This document shows, one piece after another, positions 9,426-16,900 of a DNA stretch of 29,205 nt. The first letter of the stretch is position 1; each line of letters opens with the position of its first letter. The position numbers were made by a program, and so were the translations under genes. The stretch is taken from IMG/VR virus record IMGVR_UViG_3300033076_000283, positions 1-29,205 of that record, one strand, 5' to 3'. This DNA comes from a virus (taxonomy: Duplodnaviria > Caudoviricetes). Below the pieces are notes generated by a model. The model was not told where the DNA came from and did not search any database. It was given only the letters and a program-made list of their open reading frames with translations.

Positions 9426-9728
9426 TTACTTTTTAGGACCTGAATGCGTTAGTATGAAAAGCATTTTGTCCTCATGGTCCTCTTTACCCCAAATTGCATC
9501 TGCAAATTCATGTAATGTGCAAGGGCGTCCGTTAAACACCCAATTGTGGCTTACCCAACGACTTTGCTGTGCTCTGCTGTACTGTGCTTGTATTTGACTT
9601 TGATTTGCTATGTTTGCTTGCCCTTGATAGTTTTGATATGCTTGATCAAACGCATTATTAATTTGGTCACTTGAGCCAAGTATTGATGCTTGTGCTTCTG
9701 TTCCAAATATGCCGTCAAAGAAACTCAT
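9426..9728 (-). CDS. Hypothetical protein
   Basis: 100 aa, SD TAAGGA, Gln-rich middle, part of a tight minus-strand gene run. Confidence 0.6.
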   Translation of the reverse strand: MSFFDGIFGTEAQASILGSSDQINNAFDQAYQNYQGQANIANQSQIQAQYSRAQQSRWVSHNWVFNGRPCTLHEFADAIWGKEDHEDKMLFILTHSGPKK

Positions 9729-9737
9729 TGCTATTCC

Positions 9738-9980
9738 TTAAAGTGATAGTAGTGTTAGTAACTCTTGTTCTCTGCTGTGGTATGTTGCATTGATTAAAAT
9801 GGTGCTTGTTTCATTGCCCCAATCAATATCAGTGCTTACTTGTACTGTGCATAGACCATTTACTTTGTCGTTTTGTATTTGCTGGACTCTTGGGTCATGC
9901 TCTACATAATTGCCCATTAACATCTTTGGGGTCATAACGTTTGTTATGCCATGTGGGATTTCAATGCGAATTGTTATCAT
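9738..9980 (-). CDS. Hypothetical protein
   Basis: 80 aa ORF in the same run; overlaps the end of the AT-hook ORF. Confidence 0.55.
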   Translation of the reverse strand: MITIRIEIPHGITNVMTPKMLMGNYVEHDPRVQQIQNDKVNGLCTVQVSTDIDWGNETSTILINATYHSREQELLTLLSL

Positions 9981-10107
9981 GATATATCTTTAGTAGTTCT
10001 GCTACTTCTGCTTTGCGCTTTGCTCTCCAGCGGGCGTGTCGTTGTGCTGGTGTTAATGGATTGGCCTTGCGTGGGCGGCCTCGTTTTGGTTTGTTAATTT
10101 CTTGCAT
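9961..10107 (-). CDS. Small basic DNA-binding protein with AT-hook-like motif
   Basis: Absent from the ORF track; 48 aa MQEINKPKRGRPRKANPLTPAQRHARWRAKRKAEVAELLKIYHDNNSH; SD GAAAGGA. Confidence 0.7.
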   Translation of the reverse strand: MQEINKPKRGRPRKANPLTPAQRHARWRAKRKAEVAELLKIYHDNNSH

Positions 10108-10119
10108 ACGTTTCCTTTC

Positions 10120-10126
10120 TATTTAG
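10120..10126 (-). promoter_or_regulatory. CTAAATA late-type promoter motif
   Basis: CCTAAATA directly before the SD of the AT-hook ORF. Confidence 0.55.
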
Positions 10127-10178
10127 GTCCAATCGCGGAACCCTCTCAAACTCTTTGACAATCACTTTACCCCTATGA

Positions 10179-10341
10179 CCCCTTCTAATGTGTCGCGAAG
10201 CGAGACCCAGAGGGGGCGAAGCCCAGAAGTAAATCAATTGCCGACTCATTTAGGTCTTTAGACCTGTCACGAAGTGACTTTTGAGTAGGCTACTATTATT
10301 ACTTCTTATTACTCATTATTACTATTATTACTCTTATTACT
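10179..10341. other. Candidate replication origin: C-GAA-G mini-hairpins, three-way junction, five TTATTACT repeats
   Basis: TCGC-GAA-GCGA (10193), GGGC-GAA-GCCC (10214), AGGTC-TTTA-GACCT (10252), GTCAC-GAA-GTGAC (10266); TTATTACT at 10296, 10306, 10316, 10325, 10334. Confidence 0.55.
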
Positions 10342-10995
10342 TGTATATAATTCGCGGCCTTGCTCCATGAAACGGGCTAGTCGTTGTGCTCCTGTTTCTT
10401 GTGCTGTAGCATACACTGGCGCTTCAAGTAAGATTTGACTATACCCAATTGCGTTTACCTTCTTTTGTGCTGGGCTTAGTTTTGTTTCAATTTGCGTTTG
10501 CATATTAAAAGTGCCAATGGTAAAGTTAAGCAACATGCTGGACCTATCAAAGTGTGCATACACTCCTGGGTTTAGTGGTTGCATTCTGGATGTGCCCTTA
10601 GCCCATGCCATTGGATTAGGATCACGACCAAAGCCGCTTCTAATAAACTTGCTTTCCCATTTTGGATTGCCAACACCTGCTTTAGCAATCAAGCGTTCTT
10701 TGCTTTCAGCAAAGTGAGTTAACATTTGTTCACGCAACTCCATCTCGCCGTATTGGATCATAGTTTCGCTTAGCCTAAACATGGCCTTATTAGCGTCCCT
10801 ACTGCGTCCTTGTAATGAGATTTTTGTTGTAAAAGCGCAGTCATCCCAACGTTCATGTTTGAACAGTTTTGCGCGAATGTCTGCTGTTACTTTCTTAACT
10901 TTGTCGCCATGTTCATAAATGGTAATTTGCATAGCGTGCCACTGTAAATCTGTGTATAGTGCAGGATTCAATCCAGGCATTGTTTCTGTTGTCAT
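10309..10995 (-). CDS. Hypothetical protein, possible replication-associated factor
   Basis: 228 aa, no motif recognised; its 3' end runs into the AT-rich repeats. Confidence 0.6.
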   Translation of the reverse strand: MTTETMPGLNPALYTDLQWHAMQITIYEHGDKVKKVTADIRAKLFKHERWDDCAFTTKISLQGRSRDANKAMFRLSETMIQYGEMELREQMLTHFAESKERLIAKAGVGNPKWESKFIRSGFGRDPNPMAWAKGTSRMQPLNPGVYAHFDRSSMLLNFTIGTFNMQTQIETKLSPAQKKVNAIGYSQILLEAPVYATAQETGAQRLARFMEQGRELYTSNKSNNSNNE

Positions 10996-10998
10996 TTC

Positions 10999-11184
10999 TT
11001 ATTCCTTTATCCAAGCAAATTCTTCGCTGTCTGTTTTAAAGATCCAAGCGTCATTGCCTTTTAGTTTTTCTAGTGCAACATATTCGTTAGCCTTCTCAAT
11101 GTATTTGAAGTAACGACGGTACTGTGTGCGGATATCAAATTCCTCATCGTACTCAAAGGATACAACTACTAATGGTAATGTCAT
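10999..11184 (-). CDS. Hypothetical protein
   Basis: Probable start MTLPLV with ATGA overlap with the upstream stop; 61 aa. Confidence 0.55.
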   Translation of the reverse strand: MTLPLVVVSFEYDEEFDIRTQYRRYFKYIEKANEYVALEKLKGNDAWIFKTDSEEFAWIKE

Positions 11185-11399
11185 CTTGGGAACTCCAAGC
11201 AAAACACATGAGTCTTTTGACCCTTGAGTGCAAGCATCATTTGTTCTTGCTGTGCGTCTTCTAAATTTGTGTAATAGCCCAAGTAAGGCGTTGAACTAGA
11301 AGTTGGTGCGTGATAGTTAATGTTGCCAGTGTTTGTTAAACTGGCTAACACATATACGCTTAATGAGTCTGGTTGTTCAATTGGCTTCATTTTGTCCAC
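11181..11399 (-). CDS. Hypothetical protein
   Basis: 72 aa, overlaps both neighbours in an operon-like run. Confidence 0.55.
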   Translation of the reverse strand: MDKMKPIEQPDSLSVYVLASLTNTGNINYHAPTSSSTPYLGYYTNLEDAQQEQMMLALKGQKTHVFCLEFPR

Positions 11400-11773
11400 A
11401 TGCTTTCTTCAAACTGCATGACTGGTGTGTTGCACAAGTCACTCATGATTTCACTAATGCGCTGAATGTGCATAATGTTGTCTAGTGTGAAGTCACGTTG
11501 GTAATTGCCATTTTTGTTTGGGCGGAACAGTTGGTTGTTTAGAATGCCACCTAAGTAGGAAGCAATACTGTTCATGCGTCCCTTAGTCATGCGTGGCAAC
11601 TTAGGCTGTGCTTTGTAGAAGAATTCTACTTCTGCTTTAGGGTCATTGTGGAACTCAGCGCCATACGCTGTCCACTCAAAAATGCAACCAATGATCTTGT
11701 CATGGTCGTTCTTTGCAATGTCAACGTAAACTGTGTTGGCACTGGTGTCTTTAACTGTAAATGGGATTTTCAT
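11387..11773 (-). CDS. Hypothetical early protein
   Basis: Probable start MKIPFT (11773) after GAAAGG; first gene after a sigma70 promoter. Confidence 0.6.
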   Translation of the reverse strand: MKIPFTVKDTSANTVYVDIAKNDHDKIIGCIFEWTAYGAEFHNDPKAEVEFFYKAQPKLPRMTKGRMNSIASYLGGILNNQLFRPNKNGNYQRDFTLDNIMHIQRISEIMSDLCNTPVMQFEESMWTK

Positions 11774-11834
11774 CTCTAACCTTTCAATTGTAGCAACATG
11801 TGATCGTCCAGTACTCCCCTGGCATGCTGTTAAT

Positions 11835-11863
11835 AGTATATAGCAGGTAAACGAAAAAAGCAA
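11835..11863 (-). promoter_or_regulatory. Sigma70 promoter
   Basis: TTGCTT-17 bp-TATACT with TTTTCGTTTACC in the spacer. Confidence 0.75.
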
Positions 11864-11906
11864 TACCAAATGGCGGTAAAATTGCAAGTTTTGGCAAAGT
11901 GTAGGT

Positions 11907-11936
11907 TTGACATCCTGTAACGAAAATGTTTAAATA
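11907..11936 (+). promoter_or_regulatory. Divergent promoter (consensus -35 plus TAAATA)
   Basis: TTGACA (11907-11912), 18 bp, TAAATA (11931-11936); points into a structured non-coding segment. Confidence 0.55.
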
Positions 11937-11940
11937 CAGT

Positions 11941-12105
11941 ATGCGCTAGTGCAATGCTAGTCGCTAGGATTAGGTTCACTTTATTACAGCCATTATAAAG
12001 TACTCCTCTAACTCCACCTAATCCGGTAGTAGAAGCCTGGGCTTCCTGATCAGTTGCTTACCGTGTGTTTTTAAAAGTTTCACGCTAAAGGGCTCTACTA
12101 TTTTT
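11941..12105 (+). ncRNA. Candidate structured small RNA (~165 nt)
   Basis: Promoter upstream, no ORF; stems GGATTAGGT/ACCTAATCC, ACTTTAT/ATAAAGT, TAGTAGA/TCTACTA followed by TTTTT. Confidence 0.6.
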
Positions 12106-12129
12106 CTTAATTCAATTTTCCAGGCGTTG

Positions 12130-12142
12130 TAAGTCATTGATT
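12130..12142 (-). promoter_or_regulatory. IHF binding site
   Basis: AATCAATGACTTA is an exact match to the WATCAANNNNTTR consensus. Confidence 0.6.
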
Positions 12143-12150
12143 TATATAAG

Positions 12151-12178
12151 AAAAAAGCACCCAGAAAAGGTGCTTTTT
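12151..12178. terminator. Bidirectional intrinsic terminator
   Basis: AAAAAAGCACC-CAGAAAA-GGTGCTTTTT between the convergent tRNA and candidate sRNA. Confidence 0.75.
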
Positions 12179-12219
12179 GCGTTTTTGCGTGAAAACAGGC
12201 GTTTCACTGGTCTATGTAC

Positions 12220-12293
12220 TGGCAGAGGGTAAAAGAATCGAACTTTTAATGACGGAATCAAAATCCGTAGTTATACCATTTAACTAACCCCCA
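12220..12293 (-). tRNA. tRNA-Gln(UUG)
   Basis: 74-nt cloverleaf: D stem GTTA/TAAC, anticodon arm ACGGA-TTTTGAT-TCCGT, T arm AAAAG-TTCGATT-CTTTT, G73 and encoded CCA. Confidence 0.92.
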
Positions 12294-12296
12294 ACA

Positions 12297-12584
12297 TTAT
12301 TCGCTTATGGTCCTACCTACTGTCATGATGGCAACAGTGAACTCATCTGTGTTGAACATTCTATTTAATTTTTCTGCTAGGTTGAATGCATGACCAGATT
12401 CTGGAAATGCAGTCTTGCTATACTTAGGCCCAACAAAACTCAGTTCAATGTTTTGCAATGTTCTAACTTTGATTGGGCGGCCCTGATACAACACACCATA
12501 AAGCGCATCTGCTTCACATACTTCAAGTGCCCTGCTGTTGGCATCTACATCACGCAACAATACATTAGGCGTAGGTCTGGCCAT
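12297..12584 (-). CDS. Conserved phage hypothetical protein (MxRPxPxVLL...GPKYxKTxF...GHAxNLAxKLN)
   Basis: Start MARPTP after SD AAGGAG; 95 aa; motif pattern recalled from large uncultured aquatic phages (unverified). Confidence 0.7.
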   Translation of the reverse strand: MARPTPNVLLRDVDANSRALEVCEADALYGVLYQGRPIKVRTLQNIELSFVGPKYSKTAFPESGHAFNLAEKLNRMFNTDEFTVAIMTVGRTISE

Positions 12585-13188
12585 GCGCTGGTCTCCTTGA
12601 TGAAATGCCTTCTTGCTTTGCAATCTTAATAACAGTGATACGACTAATGCCGTGCTTTACACCAATTTCAGTGTGGTTCATTAAAGCAGAACGCAAGTCT
12701 TCAATAACGTCTTCACGCACATACTCTTTGCGTTGCTTACCAACTTTAGGCACTTTGTTTTCTTTGCCATTCTCGCCTAGTGCATTAGGTGGGCGCACCA
12801 TTAAGCCATGCTTGTCTAACTCTGGTTTGCTTTCTTCCCAGTCGTATGTAATAGATAGTGGATGGCCCTTGTACCAAGAAATAGCGCCAGTGGCTCTAGC
12901 AATTTCTAACCAACGTGAAGGCTTTAATGTGCTTACAATAATCATACGCCACTCATCACTTTTGTAAGACATTGCCCATGGTTCATCCATGAGGTGTTGA
13001 AAGGGAACGTCAAGAGGCATCACACAAGCGGCTCTTATGTGATCAGCAGTAATACTTTGGCTCACGAATTTATATTCTCCAGTTCCAACTGCCTTACGCA
13101 AAATAGATTGCGGGCTTGGGTAGATGCTACAGTTGTTCTTGGGAATTGGATACCAAATATTAGGTTTTAACACTTCCATGCTCTTCAT
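12565..13188 (-). CDS. Protein with C-terminal helix-turn-helix, putative regulator
   Basis: C-terminal REDVIEDLRSALMNHTEIGVKHGISRITVIKIAKQEGI fits an HTH pattern. Confidence 0.6.
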   Translation of the reverse strand: MKSMEVLKPNIWYPIPKNNCSIYPSPQSILRKAVGTGEYKFVSQSITADHIRAACVMPLDVPFQHLMDEPWAMSYKSDEWRMIIVSTLKPSRWLEIARATGAISWYKGHPLSITYDWEESKPELDKHGLMVRPPNALGENGKENKVPKVGKQRKEYVREDVIEDLRSALMNHTEIGVKHGISRITVIKIAKQEGISSRRPAHGQTYA

Positions 13189-13218
13189 AGCAATATATAT
13201 GCTACTTTAATGAAATGG

Positions 13219-13665
13219 TTAAGCCTTGCCTGCTATCTTTTCCTGCGAACGCCCATACGCGGCTAAGCCTAGAACTGCACCCATCGCGATATGATATAAG
13301 CCTGCACCCTGGAGTGTTAGAGGACTCCATTGACTTGTTACTTGACCACCTTGAACTGCTTGTAGTACTGACCACAGGATGGGGAATAACACGAAATCTG
13401 TAAAGCAAGTAATCATGTAGATGAACGACATCATAGGTCGCCACTTGCTGTTTATAAAGTCGCCAAACTTGTCATCAGTTTGAAGCGTATTAGTTGCGCC
13501 TTGTACTGCCACTTGAGCAGCCGCATCTGCGACTGCTTTTGTTTTGGCTGCTTCGTTAGCACTTGACCACCCACCACTAGCAATCTTAGCGTCAAGGTTT
13601 GCTTGCACTCGATCGCTTAGTGGATGTGTTACGTCAGTGTCAAAGAAGTTATCTAACTTAGGCAT
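13219..13665 (-). CDS. Holin-like protein (3TM / GTA-holin type)
   Basis: KWRPMMSFIY...FPILW...MGAVLGLAAYGRSQEKI matches the WRP...LG...RxxEK signature. Confidence 0.7.
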   Translation of the reverse strand: MPKLDNFFDTDVTHPLSDRVQANLDAKIASGGWSSANEAAKTKAVADAAAQVAVQGATNTLQTDDKFGDFINSKWRPMMSFIYMITCFTDFVLFPILWSVLQAVQGGQVTSQWSPLTLQGAGLYHIAMGAVLGLAAYGRSQEKIAGKA

Positions 13666-13952
13666 TATTTGATATGTGTTATTAGGTAGCCCATTACGCC
13701 AAGCAAAGAAACAATCACTGTGCCAGTGACTGTAACCATTACTTTAAACTTTTCGTCTTTGGCTGTTTGTAGCATAGTTTTAATTTCACTCATGCCTTTA
13801 GATGTTGTGTCTTTAAGATCCTTAAGTTCTGTTTCAAGTTTGTTAAATTTGTCATCTAAGTTTGTCATGCGTCTATCTAATCCTGCGTATCGTTCAGCAC
13901 ACACGGCTTCGTGTGTGCTTAGTCTTGCGTCTGTTGAATCTACTGTTGACAT
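13665..13952 (-). CDS. Coiled-coil protein with C-terminal TM (lysis-accessory / XhlA-like)
   Basis: Start MSTVDS; HEAVCAERY motif, heptad region, terminal hydrophobic helix; TAATG-coupled to the holin-like gene. Confidence 0.6.
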   Translation of the reverse strand: MSTVDSTDARLSTHEAVCAERYAGLDRRMTNLDDKFNKLETELKDLKDTTSKGMSEIKTMLQTAKDEKFKVMVTVTGTVIVSLLGVMGYLITHIK

Positions 13953-13953
13953 G

Positions 13954-16900
13954 TTATGCACCAATTGGAACTAGTGTTGTAATGATTGTTGCTGTAGATG
14001 GACCAAACGCTGTTGCGGCAAACGCTGGGAATGTAATGTTCAAATCATCTACTGCATACGCAAGTTCATAGTAGTCAGTTGTCAATGTTGGATTGATAAC
14101 ATAGTTCCACGCACTAATTGTAGCACCACCCTTTGGAACAGTAATACGACCCATTGAGCCAGTAACATCTGTGCCATTCTTACGCAACCAAATGTAAGCA
14201 GTATGTTCAGTGCCGTTGTCAGCGTTGTTGACTTGAATTGAGAACTGCATGTTGTATGCACCTGTAGCACCTGGGATTAATCTACTTGTGCTACCAACAG
14301 TTGCAATGTTATTAACATCAGCAGTTCCTAATGGGAACACCGCCGCTGTGTTTGTTGCGGCTGGAGTTACAGTTGTGTTGTATTGGAACTGGCCATACAC
14401 ACGGTTATAAACAATCTTGTTGCCAGTAACGCCAACGCCAGTGTTACCGTAAGCACCAGTGTTGAAGTTAAATGTATCACTGCGGAATGTTGCACTTGCA
14501 GTAGTTGCGTTGATTAAATCAACACGGTTACCAGAGTTCAATGGAGTTGCTGTTGGGAAAGCACGAACACGGAAGTTTGCACCACCGTTTGTAACAGTTG
14601 GAATGCTTAAACTTTGTGTGCCAGGCAATGTTGGAGCACCACTTGAAGTTGCACCAATTGTAACTGATGTAGTTGTTGGAGAACCAACAACCATGAATGT
14701 GCCAGTAGTTACGTTAGTAAAGTTTGCAACCGCAACTTTAGCGTTAATACCAAATGGGATGTAAGACTGTGCGCTATAAGTTACAGTGATTAGTTGACGA
14801 GTGAAAGTCAAACCAGTTACTGTACCGGCCGTAGTAGTCAAAGGAGCACCGCCAACTGTTGCACTTAATGTGATAACAGTTGATGTGCCTGCGCCACCGT
14901 TGTTTGCAACAACATAATATGTGCCTGCGCCAATACCTGTTGCAGTTCCAGTTAATGTGCCTGTAACAACAACCGCTGTGCCTACACCAACCAATGTTGC
15001 AGGAATTGTTAATTGACCACGTGTACCACTTACGCTTGTAACAGTTTGTGCTACGTTGACACGAGATACTGCGGTAATTGTAGCACCAGAAATTGTTAAT
15101 GTGCCATCAGCGAATGTTTCAGCAGGAGCAAATTGAATTTGACCAGCGTGGACAGCGTTAAAGCCACCACCTTGGTTTTGTGTGCCAATGTAATCAGTAA
15201 AGCCAGTTGTTGCATAACCGTTAAAGTTTAGACCACCAATAACGTTTGTAGAAGTAACCGCAGATGGTGCTACTGGAGCAACGCCAGTGAATGGAATTGT
15301 GCCAGTTGTTTCGCTGTTACCGTTAGCAGTTCTTAATGAGAACACAGCACCTGTGTTGCCGCCAGCAAAAGTGTCACCAAAGAAGTGAGTGAACTGACCT
15401 TGTGCGCCGTTGCCTAATGTTGTTGGACTGTTGTTATAACTTGAGACAGCATCAATACCATTGTTGTCTGTAATTGTTGCTAATGGTGGAGCAGGGAATG
15501 TGTAAGTTGTGCTTGGAGTAGCAGTCAACGCACCCAATACGCGAGTACCATTTGCTAAATTAGCAGTAATTGTGCCTGCACTGAAGTTGCCACTTGCATC
15601 ACGAGCAACAATAGTGCTTGCTGTGTTTGCGCTAGTAGCGTTTGTGCTAACTGTGACAGCCCCTGTGCTACTGTTAACACTTAGGTATGTGCTTGCGGCC
15701 AGTGATGTTACACCAGTGTTAGTGAATGTAACTGCGCCTGTTCCTGCACTTACACCAATACCTGTGCCAGCAACTGCACTTGTAACACCTGTGTTGGTAA
15801 CTGTTACTGCGCCAGTGCTGCCAGATACACTAATACCTGTGCTTGCGGCCAAACTTGTCACACCGCTGTTTGTAATGCTAATTTCAGTAGCACTTACATC
15901 AGCAACAGTAATACCTGTGCCGCTTGAAACTTTAACTGTATCAGTAGTTGCATCACTACCAGTTAATGTTAAATTAGCACCACCAGTTGTTGCACTTGCC
16001 GCAAAATCGTAAGTTGTGTTTGTATCAGTTGCGTTGATGGTCATTGTACTTGCATCTGTAGCAACCACAGTGACGTTTGTGCCACCAGCAAACTTTACGC
16101 TATCAGTAGAAGCGTCACTGCCAACTAGATTTAAGTTAGCACCACCAGTTGTAGATGAAACATCTTGTGTATAAGTGGTGTTGTTATCTGTTGAACTGAT
16201 TGTAATAGTGTTAGCATCTGTACGAGTTACAGTTGTAGCACCAGAACCTAGATACGCAACAGAATCAACACTTGCGTCACTGCCTGTTAGGTTCAAGTTT
16301 GCACCACCAGTTGTGCTTGTTGCATCAACAGTATATGTTGTGTTTGTATCTGTGCCAGTGATTGTAACTGTGCTTGCGTCTGTGGCTGTAACAGTAACTG
16401 AACCAGCACCTTTGTATGCAACAGAATCGACACTAGCATCACTGCCATTTAGGTTAACGTTAGCACCACCAGTTGTAGATGAAACATCTTGTGTATAGGT
16501 AGTGTTGTTATCTGTAGAACTAATTGTAATTGTGTTAGCATCAGTTCTTGTAACTGTAGTTGCGCCAGAACCCAAATATGCTACGCTATCAACTGACGCA
16601 TCGCTGCCTGTTAGGTTCAAGTTTGCACCACCAGTAGTGCTTGTTGCATCAACTGTATAAGTTGTGTTTGTATCAGTTGCGGCAATAGTAATTGTGTTAG
16701 CATCAGTAGCAGTTACAGTTACGTTTGTGCCATTGGCAAACTTAATAGTGTCTGTAGAAGCGTCACTGCCTACCAAGTTTAAGTTAGCACCACCTGTTGT
16801 TACACTTGCGTCTTGAGTGTAAGTTGTGTTTAGGTCAGTGCCATCGATTGTGATTTCGTTTGAAGCAGTTTCACTAATAGTAATGTTTGTGCCGCCCAAG

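Noticed and set aside
11835-11866. TTGCTT as a T4 MotA box
   Set aside because: It lies 17 bp from the -10 element, the normal -35 position, farther than MotA-box spacing.
11976-12007. Minus-strand mini-ORF MAVIK with an AGGAG SD
   Set aside because: A terminator at 12151-12178 blocks read-through and no minus-strand promoter is evident; kept only as the alternative to the sRNA model.
12121-12293. Prophage attachment site at the tRNA
   Set aside because: No integrase, no duplicated tRNA 3' end and no host genes in the window; phage genes continue on both sides.
15640-16836. Tandem repeats as a CRISPR array or DGR template/variable pair
   Set aside because: In-frame coding repeats without spacers; differences are synonymous rather than adenine-specific; no reverse transcriptase or cas gene is seen.
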